Source: Candidatus Multivoradales bacterium
GTDB lineage: Bacteria; Acidobacteriota; Thermoanaerobaculia; Multivoradales; JAHEKO01
Direction: 5' to 3'
Length of the DNA: 64,000 nt
Assembly (NCBI GenBank): GCA_965223855.1
Contig: CBDCXM010000009.1
Span: forward strand, 1,824,001 to 1,888,000
This document shows positions 20,346 to 29,881 of this stretch, in pieces. Within the stretch, counting starts at the first letter, position 1, and every line of letters starts with the position of its first letter. The position numbers and the translations under genes were made by a program. The notes under the pieces are model-generated. The model was not told the origin of the DNA, did not search any database, and saw nothing but the letters and a program-made list of their open reading frames with translations.

Positions 20346-20349
<4 letters not shown>

Positions 20350-22196
20350 TGCACCGTCTCCGAGCTGCGGCGGAAGGTCACGCCGAAGCGGGTCGATCCT
20401 TCGGCGCTGCCGTACTCGAGCTCGCCGCCGATCTGCTGGGCGAGGGCCGTGACGAGCCTGAGGCCGAGCGATCGAGTGGCGCCGATGTCGAAGCCGTCGG
20501 GCAGGCTGCTGCCCTGGTTGCGGACCTCGAGCCTCCGCTCGTCCCCCTCGGTACCGAAGAGCACCTCGACCGCTCCAGCCTCGTCACCGTCGCCCGCACC
20601 GTGCTCGAGGGCGTTGGCCACCAGTTCGTTGACGATCATCCCGCAGGGAATGGCGGTGTCGAGATCGAGCGGCTCGGAGGCGACGTCGAACCGGGTCTTC
20701 ACGTGACCGAGCCGGTCCCCGTACGAGGCGATCAGGTTCTCGACGAGTTCCTCGAGATAGGCGCGGAAGTCGATGCTCGCGAGGTCGGGCGAGCGGTACA
20801 GGTGCTCGTGAATGAGCGCCATCGAGCGGATGCGGTTCTGGCTCTCCACAAGCCCCTTGGACGACTCCGGAGAGTCCCCCTCCTGGAGGCGCAGCAGGCT
20901 GGAGACGATCTGCAGGTTGTTCTTGACCCGGTGGTGGATCTCCTTGAGCAGGAGATCTTTGTCCCGCAACGATTCGCGCAGCTCCTCCTCGGCCTGGCGG
21001 CGCTCGGTGATGTTGCGGGCAACGACGAGGAAGCCCTCGGTCTCGCCGCCGGACGATCGGAGTTCCGAGCGCGACAGCGATGCGGGGAAGGCCTCTCCGG
21101 TGGCGGCGCGCATCTCGAGCTCGGCGGTGCCTTCGACGAGGAGCGCTTCGGGCTCGGCGACGAAGTCCTCGAGAAGCCTGCCGCGCAGATCCTCCTCGGA
21201 GGCGGCGAGCTCGCGGGTGGCGACCTCGTTGGCCATCCGCAGCCGCCCGTCGACGTCGAAGACGAGCACCATCTCGGTCATCGACTGCAGGACATTGTCG
21301 AGGTAGGCGCGCGAGACCGTGGTTGCCTGGAGATTGGCCGCCATGTCGTTGAACGCCCGTGCCAGCAGCTCGAACTCGCTGTGGCCGCGGACCTCGACCT
21401 GCTGCTCGAGGTCTCCCTCGCCGAGCCTCAGCGCCGCGTCGCGAAGCTGGCCGAGGGGGCGCGAGATCGCACGCGAGAGCAGCAGTCCCAGCAGCACGGC
21501 GAGGGCGAAGGCGGCACCGGCGAGCCAGCGGTTGCGGCGCGTCGCCCGGTCGATCAGCGCCTCCGCCGCCTGCGCCTCGGTCGTCAGGTCGACCCGAGCC
21601 GCTGCGGCGAAGTCGCGGATCAGCGGCCGCAGCTGCTGGCGGTAGTGCGGTTCGAAGTCCTCGACGATGAACTCCCGGACCTGCTCGGTGGGGTGGTATC
21701 GCATCAGGTGGACGAGCCGCTCCTGGAGCTGCTGATGGACGGCGAACTCCCGCTCGATGGCACGCAGCCGCGAGCGGCGTTCCTCGAGCCCGCTGCCAGG
21801 AGGACTGTCGGCGCCGACGCTCTCGGCTCCCGGGCTCAGCCGGCTCGAGAGAGCCAGCGCCTGCCGGCTGCGCTCGAGGGAGTCCTCGAAGAGCTCGAGG
21901 CCGTCCTCGATCGCCTCGAGGTCGAGCCGTGGCACGGCGCCCCACTCCTCCTCGTGCGAGGCGTCGCCGGGACGCTGTCGATAACGCTCGCTGAGGATGC
22001 GGTAGGCGGCCGCCTCCGTGGTGCGCAGGGCCTTGTCCATGCCGTCGGCCGCCATGACCTCCTCGATCGAACTGCTGCGCAGATCGTTCATCTCCCGGCC
22101 GACGGCGGCCGAGGTGCGCTCGAGCAGAGCGCCGAGGATTCCGACCAGCAGGGCGATTCCGAGCAGCGAGATGGTGAGGAGGTGGCCGATGCGCAC
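20346..22196 (-). CDS. Membrane sensor histidine kinase (HAMP-PAS-HisKA_2-HATPase)
   Basis: Two TMs flanking a periplasmic domain, HAMP (ISRPLGQL..ARAFNDMA), PAS, LLKEIHHRVKNNLQ, NELVANALEH, SLGLRLV. Confidence 0.9.
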
Positions 22197-22235
22197 GTGG
22201 GTCGAACTCCGAAGCAGTTGTGGACATGACGCCCC

Positions 22236-22252
22236 AGCAAGCCCCCTGCCAG
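22236..22252 (-). promoter_or_regulatory. sigma54 -24/-12 promoter of the kinase-activator operon
   Basis: Minus strand CTGGCAGGGGGCTTGCT, close to TGGCAC-N5-TTGC. Confidence 0.7.
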
Positions 22253-22293
22253 CATCGGCAGGACGTCAGGTGAGGCTTTCGAAGGCCTCCGAC

Positions 22294-22330
22294 TGTATCA
22301 AAGTGTCTCAACGTGAGACACCGTGAGACA
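22294..22330. promoter_or_regulatory. Four phased heptamers TGTATCA/TGTCTCA/TGAGACA/TGAGACA (putative bEBP enhancer)
   Basis: Half-sites start at 22294, 22304, 22314 and 22324 (exact 10-bp period). The central pair is a perfect inverted repeat. Confidence 0.7.
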
Positions 22331-22428
22331 GATTGGCCGTGAAGGCTCCGGCAACCGCCGTCCCTTTCCTTTTGGCAGCCGATCCCGTAGCCTTGAAGCG
22401 CTCTCGAACCGTGGAGTGACTTCCTGAA

Positions 22429-23337
22429 ATGAGTGAGATGGACACTGTCGGCGTCGTCGGCGCCGGAACGATGGGACATGGCATCGCCCAGGTGGCGGCG
22501 CTGGCCGGCTACCGGGTGATCCTGAGCGATGTCGCGGCACCGGCGCTGGAGCGCGGACTCGAGCAGATCGAAAAGAGCCTCGGCAAGCTGGCTTCGAAGG
22601 AGAAGATCACGGCCGAGGCGGCGGCTGCGGCGGGAGAACGCGTCAGCGGCGCCACCGGGCTCGATGCTCTCAGCGAGGCACAACTCGTCGTCGAGGCGGT
22701 CGTCGAGCGCTTCGAGGTCAAGCAGCAGGTGCTGACGGAGCTCGACCGCCTCTGCCCGGACGAGACGATCCTGGCGACCAACACGAGCTCGATCTCGATC
22801 ACGAAGCTGGCCGCCGAGACCGGGCGGCCTGATCGGGTGATCGGGATGCACTTCATGAACCCGGTGCCGTTGATGAAGCTCGTGGAGATCATCCGTGGCC
22901 TGGCGACGAGCGATGCGACCTACGAAGCTGTGGCGGCCGCCACCCGCGCGATGGGGAAGACGCCCGTCGAGTGCAACGACGCACCCGGCTTCGTCTCCAA
23001 TCGCGTCCTGATGCCGATGATCAACGAGGCGATCTACTGCCTCTACGAGGGCGTCGGCGACCCGCCCGCGATCGACGAGATCATGCGGCTCGGCATGAAT
23101 CATCCGATGGGGCCGCTGGCGCTGGCCGACCTGATCGGTCTCGACGTCTGTCTCGACATTCTCCGCGTGCTGCTGGACGGCTTCGCGGACAGCAAGTACC
23201 GCCCGTGCCCGCTGCTGGTGCGGATGGTCGATGCCGGCTACCTCGGGCGCAAGGCGGGGCGGGGCTTCTACACCTATGACGGCGACGAGCAGTGTGCGTT
23301 CCACCCGACGCGCGGCTACGTTCCCGTGGCGCGCTGA
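22429..23337 (+). CDS. hbd: 3-hydroxybutyryl-CoA dehydrogenase
   Basis: [53 protein letters not shown]. Confidence 0.93.
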   Translation: MSEMDTVGVVGAGTMGHGIAQVAALAGYRVILSDVAAPALERGLEQIEKSLGKLASKEKITAEAAAAAGERVSGATGLDALSEAQLVVEAVVERFEVKQQVLTELDRLCPDETILATNTSSISITKLAAETGRPDRVIGMHFMNPVPLMKLVEIIRGLATSDATYEAVAAATRAMGKTPVECNDAPGFVSNRVLMPMINEAIYCLYEGVGDPPAIDEIMRLGMNHPMGPLALADLIGLDVCLDILRVLLDGFADSKYRPCPLLVRMVDAGYLGRKAGRGFYTYDGDEQCAFHPTRGYVPVAR

Positions 23338-23376
23338 GTCTGGCGCGCTGAGACTGGTGAGCTGAGACCGCGCTCC

Positions 23377-25221
23377 ATGCTGTGCCAATCGTGCGGCGCC
23401 GAGAACGCCGAGGATCGCGAGCACTGCCTGCGCTGCCACCAGCGGCTGCTGGTGGTTTCGGGCACGCTGACCGAGGAGGACCTGTCCCTCGAGGCGGAGG
23501 GCGAGGAGGAGTTCTCGTTCGACGAGCACCTTCTGGAGCGGATCTCGATCCTCGAAGAAGCGGTGAAGCGCACCGCCGGCACCGTGCGGCAACTCCTGAC
23601 CGCCCTCGCATCCCAGGAGCGCGGCATGGTGGCGCAGCAGACCGGGCTGGCGACGCTGCGTGAGCTGCTGGAGGAAAAGCGGCTCCTCCATCGAGCCGAG
23701 TGGTTGGAGCGCTGGGAAGGCAAGATGGAGTACCAGCTCCTCGCGCTCGAGAAGCGGGAGCGCTTCGGGGAGCTCAAGGAGCGCATCGAGGCGCTCTTCC
23801 AGGGGAAGAAGGAGAAGCTCTTTCGCGAGCTGATCGAGGACGCCGAGTACGCGCTCTTCGCGGTCGACATCGAGCGGGCGCTCGCTGCGCTCGAAGCGGC
23901 CTACAAGCTCGACCGCGACAACTACGAGCTGGCGTTCTTCCTCGGTGAGACCCACTTCAACGAGGGCGACACGACGATCGCGCTGTCGTACTTCGAGCGG
24001 GTGCTGCGGGTGCGGCCGGAGCACTTCGAGGGACTCGTCTACAGCGGTGTCATCCATCAGGAGCGGGGTGACGCCGGTCGCGCGGAAGACCTCCTGCGAC
24101 GCGCCGTCGAGCTCTATCCGGACGAGTTCCTGCCGCTCTTCAGCCTCGGCGCCGTCTTCGCCGGCCAGGGGCGACTGACCCATGCCGTGACCCTGCTCGA
24201 GCAGGCGGTCGAGATCGACGGCGTCACCCAGGCGAGGTATCTGCTGGGCAACTGTCTCTACGAGATGGGCCGGCTTGGGCAGTCGATCCGGCAGCTCCAG
24301 GAGGTCGTCCGACAGGATCCCGCCCACGAGGAGGCGCACTACCTTCTGGGGCTCGCCTACCTGGACCGGGGCTGGAAGCGTAAGGCGCTCGATGCCTTCC
24401 GTCGTGCCCAGCAGCTCAACCCGAGCCGGATGCGCTACCAGGATCTGGTGCGCTACCTCTCCGGCCAGGGCGGCTCGCCGCTGCCGGCGGTCGGGAGCGA
24501 CGCACGCCGCTGGTTCGACGAGGGAGAAGCGCTCGCCGCCGATCATCCGGCCCGCAGCCTCTCCGCCTACCGCCGGGCGATTCAGGAGGAGCCGGAGAAC
24601 CCGACCCTCCTGATGTCCTATGCGATGGCGTGCATGAGGGCCCAGCGCCATCAGGAAGGGGAGCTCGTCAGCCGGCGGGTGCTCGAGCTCGATCCCGACC
24701 CGATGCTCAAGGCGACCGCGTATGCGACCCTGATCGAGGCGCTGCGCTCGTCTGGCCAGTATCGGGAGGGGAACCGGGTCGGGCGCCAGCTCCTCGACGA
24801 GGGAAGTTCCGACTACGCGCGCACGATCGCCTATTACGAGATGGCGTTCAATCTCGCCGAGATGGAAGAGGATCTCGACGTAGCCCTCGACTACGCCCGG
24901 CGGGCGCTCGACCTCGCCCCCGAGGAGCTGCGCCAGTTTCCGCTGGCGGCGGTCGGCTGGGTGCACTACAAACGCAAGGAGTTCGACCAGGCGATCGAGT
25001 ACCTGGAGCGCTCGAGCGACCTCGGACCCTCGGCGACGACCCTGACCCATCTCGGCATGGCGCTTCTCGCCTCGGGAGACGAGGGGAAGGCACGGCGGGC
25101 TCTCGCCGAGGCGAGGGAGTACGATCGCTCGGGTCCGTCGCTCGAACGGCGGATGATGGAGTGCCTGAAGGCCAGTGATCGACTGATCGCCCGCGTGCAG
25201 GACGCGCGGCGGAGGAGCTGA
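23377..25221 (+). CDS. Cytoplasmic zinc-ribbon + coiled-coil + TPR protein
   Basis: CQSCG..CLRC at the N-terminus, many TPR units (ARYLLGNCL, AHYLLGLAY), no signal peptide. Confidence 0.8.
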   Translation: MLCQSCGAENAEDREHCLRCHQRLLVVSGTLTEEDLSLEAEGEEEFSFDEHLLERISILEEAVKRTAGTVRQLLTALASQERGMVAQQTGLATLRELLEEKRLLHRAEWLERWEGKMEYQLLALEKRERFGELKERIEALFQGKKEKLFRELIEDAEYALFAVDIERALAALEAAYKLDRDNYELAFFLGETHFNEGDTTIALSYFERVLRVRPEHFEGLVYSGVIHQERGDAGRAEDLLRRAVELYPDEFLPLFSLGAVFAGQGRLTHAVTLLEQAVEIDGVTQARYLLGNCLYEMGRLGQSIRQLQEVVRQDPAHEEAHYLLGLAYLDRGWKRKALDAFRRAQQLNPSRMRYQDLVRYLSGQGGSPLPAVGSDARRWFDEGEALAADHPARSLSAYRRAIQEEPENPTLLMSYAMACMRAQRHQEGELVSRRVLELDPDPMLKATAYATLIEALRSSGQYREGNRVGRQLLDEGSSDYARTIAYYEMAFNLAEMEEDLDVALDYARRALDLAPEELRQFPLAAVGWVHYKRKEFDQAIEYLERSSDLGPSATTLTHLGMALLASGDEGKARRALAEAREYDRSGPSLERRMMECLKASDRLIARVQDARRRS

Positions 25222-25224
25222 AAG

Positions 25225-26934
25225 ATGCGTTGGAGCCGCTACTACCTCTTTACCAGCCGTGAGGTGCCCAAGGACGCCGAGGTGACGAGCCATCAGCTGA
25301 TGGCGCGCACCAGCATGATCCGCAAGGTCGCCGCCGGGATCTACAGCTACCTGCCTCTCGGCTGGCGCAGCATTCGCAAGCTCGAGTCGATCGTCCGGCG
25401 GGAGATGGAGCGGGCCGGCTCGGTCGAGCTGTCGATGCCGGCGGTCCATCCGGCCGAGCTGTGGCAGGAGTCGGGGCGGTGGGACCTCTACGGCCACCTG
25501 CTGCTGAGGATGCAGGATCGCAACGAGCGCGAGTTCTGCTTCGGGCCGACCCACGAGGAGGTCGTCACCGACATCGTCAGGCGCGACGTCAAGAGCTATC
25601 GCCAGCTGCCGCGCAACCTCTACCAGATCCAGACCAAGTTCCGCGACGAGATCCGGCCGCGCTTCGGCCTGATGCGCGGCCGCGAATTCATCATGAAGGA
25701 CGCCTACACCTTCCACGCGAGTCAGGAGTCGCTCGACGAGGCGTACGAGGCGATGCGGGCGGCCTACTGCCGGATCTTCGAGGCTTGCGGGCTCGAGTAC
25801 TCGATGGTGCAGGCGGACAGCGGCACGATCGGCGGCTCTTCCTCCCACGAATTCATGGTGCTGGCCGACACCGGCGAGGACGCGATCGTTCGCTCGCCCT
25901 CCGGCTCCTACGCCGCCAACGTCGAGCGGGCCTCGATCGCCCCGCTCGAGGCTCCGGCGGCCGAGTCCCCGGCCGAGATCACCGAGGTCGAGACTCCCGG
26001 CAAGACGACGGTGCCGGAGGTCGCACGGTTCCTCGACGTGCCGATCGAGCGCTTCGTCAAGACTCTGCTCTACGAGACGGAGGAGGAGTTCGTCGCCGTG
26101 CTCATTCGCGGAGACCGCGAAGTCAACGAGGTCAAGCTGGGCAACCTGCTCGACTCGACCCATCTGAGCCTCGCGGCCGAAGCCAAGGTGCGCGAGCTCA
26201 CAGGTGCGCCGGTCGGCTTCGCCGGGCCGGTCGGCCTGCCCGAGTCGGTCCGCCTCGTTGCCGACGAGTCGGTGCGCGCTCTGACGAATTTCGTCTGCGG
26301 TGCCAACGCCGCCGACCATCACTACACCGGCGTCAACTGGGATCGCGACACGACTCCCGGCGAGTGGGCGGACCTCGTCCTGGCCGAGGAGAGCGACGGC
26401 AGCCCCGACGGCGACGGAGCGCTCGAACTCCATCGCGGCATCGAGGTCGGCCACATCTTCGATCTCGGCACCAAGTACTCGACATCGATGCAGTGCCTCT
26501 ACGCCGACGAAAACGGCGAGCTCCAGCCGATGCTGATGGGCTGCTACGGCCTTGGGATCGGACGCACCGTAGCGGCCGCGGTCGAGCAGAACCACGACGC
26601 CGACGGCATCATCTGGCCGGTGCCTCTGGCGCCGTTCGAGGCGCTGATCGTCTCGCTCGACCCGGACGACGAGGCGGTGTCGAAGACCGCCGATCGCATC
26701 TACGAAGGGCTTCTCGAGGCGGGAGTCGACGTCTTCTACGACGACCGCTCGGAGCGCCCCGGAGTGAAGTTCAAGGACGCCGACCTGATCGGCTTCCCGG
26801 TGAGAGTGGTGGTCGGCGCGAGAGGGCTCGCCGAGGGGAAGGTCGAGGTGTCGTTGCGTCGCGACCGCGAGAAGCACCTGATCGACCCCGCCGAAGCGGT
26901 GGCGGCCGTCCGGTCGCGGCTGGCGGAAGGCTGA
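25225..26934 (+). CDS. proS: Prolyl-tRNA synthetase (bacterial type with editing domain)
   Basis: GPTHEE, YQIQTKFRDEIRPRFGLMRGREF, GIEVGHIF, MGCYGLG, RPGVKFKDADLIG. Confidence 0.97.
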   Translation: MRWSRYYLFTSREVPKDAEVTSHQLMARTSMIRKVAAGIYSYLPLGWRSIRKLESIVRREMERAGSVELSMPAVHPAELWQESGRWDLYGHLLLRMQDRNEREFCFGPTHEEVVTDIVRRDVKSYRQLPRNLYQIQTKFRDEIRPRFGLMRGREFIMKDAYTFHASQESLDEAYEAMRAAYCRIFEACGLEYSMVQADSGTIGGSSSHEFMVLADTGEDAIVRSPSGSYAANVERASIAPLEAPAAESPAEITEVETPGKTTVPEVARFLDVPIERFVKTLLYETEEEFVAVLIRGDREVNEVKLGNLLDSTHLSLAAEAKVRELTGAPVGFAGPVGLPESVRLVADESVRALTNFVCGANAADHHYTGVNWDRDTTPGEWADLVLAEESDGSPDGDGALELHRGIEVGHIFDLGTKYSTSMQCLYADENGELQPMLMGCYGLGIGRTVAAAVEQNHDADGIIWPVPLAPFEALIVSLDPDDEAVSKTADRIYEGLLEAGVDVFYDDRSERPGVKFKDADLIGFPVRVVVGARGLAEGKVEVSLRRDREKHLIDPAEAVAAVRSRLAEG

Positions 26935-26967
26935 TTCGCCTCGAGCCAGCTCTGCCCGAGGCCGCCC

Positions 26968-29151
26968 TCAGGGCCGCCATCGGAGAGTCAGTCGGCCGCT
27001 GCGGCGCTCGAGAGGATGGAAATGTACGTCCTCGACCCCTTCGACCGGCTCGCCTCGAAGCCGTGAGGCGTAGTAGTACTCGATGTCGCTGTCCTCGCGG
27101 TCGAGGAGGTTGAAAGCGGCGAGTTCCAGGTCGAGGCCCGGTCGGAGCTTCCAGGTCGCCTTCGCGGTGACGTTGGAGGCGGACGCCCAGACCGCGGATC
27201 GATCCTCGATGAGCGGGGTGTCGGCGAAGTAGCGCCAGCGGAGGCTGCCGGAGAAGCGACCGAGGTCGCGCACGGTCACGCCTGCGGCGACCGTTCGGCC
27301 GATCGCTCCCGGGATGGCGTCGCCCGCGGGATCGGTGTCGGTGAACTCGGCGTCCGTCCAGGTGGCATCGGCGTCCAGGGTGAGCCAGCGGCGAGGGCGC
27401 CAGGTGTGGCTCCACTCGACGCCGAGTCGATGGCTTGGGCGGCTGGCTTCGGTCGCCCCGCCGTCGCCGACGAAGAGAAGCTCGGAGTCGAGCTCCAGCG
27501 AGAAGAGCGAGAGCGCCGTCGTCCAGACGCCGGATCCGGTCCGGACTCCGATCTCTGCACCGCGTGCGGCGACGAGCGGATCGACCGCTTCGACCGACTC
27601 TCCCGACGCCGGATCGACCCGGATCGTCGCCCCGCGGGCGTCGTTGCTGTGAAAGCCGCCGCCGTAGCCGAGGAAGTACTCGGTTCTGCCGAAGGGACCG
27701 AAGACGAGCGCGAGCTTGGGGGAGACGATGAGGTCGTCGGCGCTTCCCGAGTTCTCGGGGCGGGTGGCGGCGACCGTCGCGTCGTAGCCGTCGATGCGCA
27801 GGCCGAAGGTGCTGCGGAAGCGGTCGCTCCAACGCACGACGCTCTCGGCCCAGACTCCCACGCCCAGCTGCTCGATGCTGTCGTCGCGGACCGTGTCGAA
27901 GCGCTCGAGCTCGGTGGTGCGGAAGAGTCCGTTGTCGATGTCGTCGTAGCGCAGGTCGAGACCGGTTCGATTCGTCACCCGACGCTCGCCGAAAGAGCTC
28001 AGCCACTCGTGTCGGGTGCCAAAGCCGAGCACGGTCCGGTCGTCGACCTGCTCGAACTGGTCGCCGAGAGCAGGGTTGTCGAGGAGATAGGTGAAGTTCG
28101 AGATCAGCCGGAAGTCGTAGGAAACCAAGTAGCCGGCGACGGTCGTCAGCGACTGTTCGTTGCCGCGATGGAGCTCGGCCGAGAGCTGCAGCCGTCGGGT
28201 TTCGCCTCGCGGCCCGGGGTCGATCAGGTCGAAGCGACCGATCGCGCCCGACTCGACGGCGCGCAACGGCACCTGGTCGGTCGACAGCCAGGAGCCGTCG
28301 TAGGCGAGCGCGCTGACCGAGAAGCCGCGGGCGGGATCGCCGCGATGAAAGCTCACGAGAGCGTTCGCCTTCTCGAACGAGCCGGGCCGGGTCCAGGGAC
28401 CGTCTTCGTGCGAGAGGTCGAGGGCCGCGGTCAGGTCGCCGCCTCCGGTCGTCGTGCTGCCGGCAACGAGCGCTCTGCCAAAGCCGAAGCTGCCGCCCGA
28501 AAGCTGGATCAACGGCTCATCGAGCCTTCTCACGAGCCCGAGGTCGGCCGAACCGGCGGCCGAGAAGTCGCCGACCTCGGCATCGTAGGTGCCCTTGCGA
28601 TAGGAGACTCGATCGACCAGCTCCGGGATCAGGAAGGAGACGTCGATGTACCCCTGGCCGTGCCCGTGCGACGGCATGTTGACCGGTACCCCGGCGACGC
28701 GGATGCTGAAGTCGGTGCCGTGGTCGAGATTGAAGCCGCGCAGGAAGTACTGATTCGCCTTGCCGCCGCCGCTGTGCTGGGTGGCGATGATGCCGGGGAC
28801 CGTCTCGACGAGCTCTCCGGCGCGCTGGATCGGCCGCTGTTGCAGATCTTCGGCGCCGGTCGTGCCCTCGCTGGCGGCGTCGGTGAGCCCGGTGAGGTCG
28901 TCGGTGCGCCCTCGCACTTCGACCCGGTCGTAGACGTCGAGACGATCGTCCTCCTGGTCGGGGTCAGGGTTGGCGGTTTCGGCCGGGGCCTCGTTGTCGA
29001 CCGTCCGAGGTGCTTCGACACCGGCAGGAGCGGTCTCCTGAAGGGGCGCGGAGGGCGCGGAAGACACCTCGGCGCCGGCAGGCCAGCCGACGAGGAAGAT
29101 CGTTGCCAGAACGGGGGGCAGGATTCGGATTCGTGTTCGGATTCGGAGCAT
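26968..29151 (-). CDS. TonB-dependent receptor (probable metal uptake)
   Basis: Signal peptide. Plug TQHSGGGKANQYFLRGFNLDHGTDF and PVNMPSHGHGQGY. FHSNDARG, FNLLD, EDVHFHP. Confidence 0.9.
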   Translation of the reverse strand: MLRIRTRIRILPPVLATIFLVGWPAGAEVSSAPSAPLQETAPAGVEAPRTVDNEAPAETANPDPDQEDDRLDVYDRVEVRGRTDDLTGLTDAASEGTTGAEDLQQRPIQRAGELVETVPGIIATQHSGGGKANQYFLRGFNLDHGTDFSIRVAGVPVNMPSHGHGQGYIDVSFLIPELVDRVSYRKGTYDAEVGDFSAAGSADLGLVRRLDEPLIQLSGGSFGFGRALVAGSTTTGGGDLTAALDLSHEDGPWTRPGSFEKANALVSFHRGDPARGFSVSALAYDGSWLSTDQVPLRAVESGAIGRFDLIDPGPRGETRRLQLSAELHRGNEQSLTTVAGYLVSYDFRLISNFTYLLDNPALGDQFEQVDDRTVLGFGTRHEWLSSFGERRVTNRTGLDLRYDDIDNGLFRTTELERFDTVRDDSIEQLGVGVWAESVVRWSDRFRSTFGLRIDGYDATVAATRPENSGSADDLIVSPKLALVFGPFGRTEYFLGYGGGFHSNDARGATIRVDPASGESVEAVDPLVAARGAEIGVRTGSGVWTTALSLFSLELDSELLFVGDGGATEASRPSHRLGVEWSHTWRPRRWLTLDADATWTDAEFTDTDPAGDAIPGAIGRTVAAGVTVRDLGRFSGSLRWRYFADTPLIEDRSAVWASASNVTAKATWKLRPGLDLELAAFNLLDREDSDIEYYYASRLRGEPVEGVEDVHFHPLERRSGRLTLRWRP

Positions 29152-29354
29152 GAGCCTTCTCTCTCTCCGGGCTTCGTAACCCACCCGGACGCCTCGGGTT
29201 CGCTCCCGCAAGGCTCGCGTTGCGAAGATCCGCGCGCACTCCGCGCGCACGAGCCTGCCGGGGAGAGGATCCGGGCAATCCGGAGGCCGGAGAATCGGGT
29301 CGATCGAGTCGGGTCGCTCGCCTTGCGGCGGGCGGCACGGCGGTCAGACGACTC

Positions 29355-29771
29355 TCAGGCGGGGCTGGGGGGAGCCCGGGCGGGTGACCCCGTGTGGTGA
29401 CGGTGGACGCTCGCCTCCCAGGCTTGCGCGACCGTTTCCGTGGTGACCGTGGGCTCGAGCAGGTCGTGCTCGGCGGCAGCGACGCCGAGCGAAGCTGCGA
29501 GCAGACTGACGAACCCCTCAGAGTCCTGCTCGTCCTCCGCAGGCGAAGGTCGTCCCTCCGGCTCCGATCCTCGGTCCGAGCGATCAGGCTCGTAAGCCCC
29601 TCCACCACCTGGCTCATGGCGATGCTTCCCCAGGTGCGGGTGGGTGTGGAACCCCTCGAACCCGCCGAGTAGGTGGAGGTGGCCGTGCGAGACGATGCCG
29701 AGGACACCCAGACTCGCCGCCGCCGCAACAGCCAACAGCAGAAGGAGGCGGGTCTGGGGGGCGGCTCTCAT
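29355..29771 (-). CDS. His-rich leader protein with C-terminal RAPP motif (DUF2946/CruR-like arrest peptide)
   Basis: N-terminal hydrophobic helix, 12 His, no Cys, ends SPARAPPSPA*. Lies directly upstream of the TBDT. Confidence 0.75.
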   Translation of the reverse strand: MRAAPQTRLLLLLAVAAAASLGVLGIVSHGHLHLLGGFEGFHTHPHLGKHRHEPGGGGAYEPDRSDRGSEPEGRPSPAEDEQDSEGFVSLLAASLGVAAAEHDLLEPTVTTETVAQAWEASVHRHHTGSPARAPPSPA

Positions 29772-29881
29772 GGGCAGCCAGCTTAGCAGTGTGCCACGGA
29801 CGGCGGACCGTGTGCCCGGTTCTTCCTCTCTACCTGAAGAGCGTAGTTCCGATCAGAGGGACCGTCTCGATTCCTCGAGTG

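Noticed and set aside
20584-26877. 2097-aa minus-strand ORF
   Set aside because: Antisense shadow of hbd, the TPR gene and proS, and out of frame over the kinase. No recognisable motifs. Typical of high-GC codon bias
29121-29147. GGATTC-like hexamer repeats as a phase-variation tract
   Set aside because: Imperfect, in frame, and only encodes RIRTRIRI in the signal peptide n-region
29152-29354. Cobalamin riboswitch upstream of the TBDT
   Set aside because: No B12-box or GGGAA..GCCCCCGC core recognised by eye. The RAPP leader is a better explanation, though an Rfam scan is still needed
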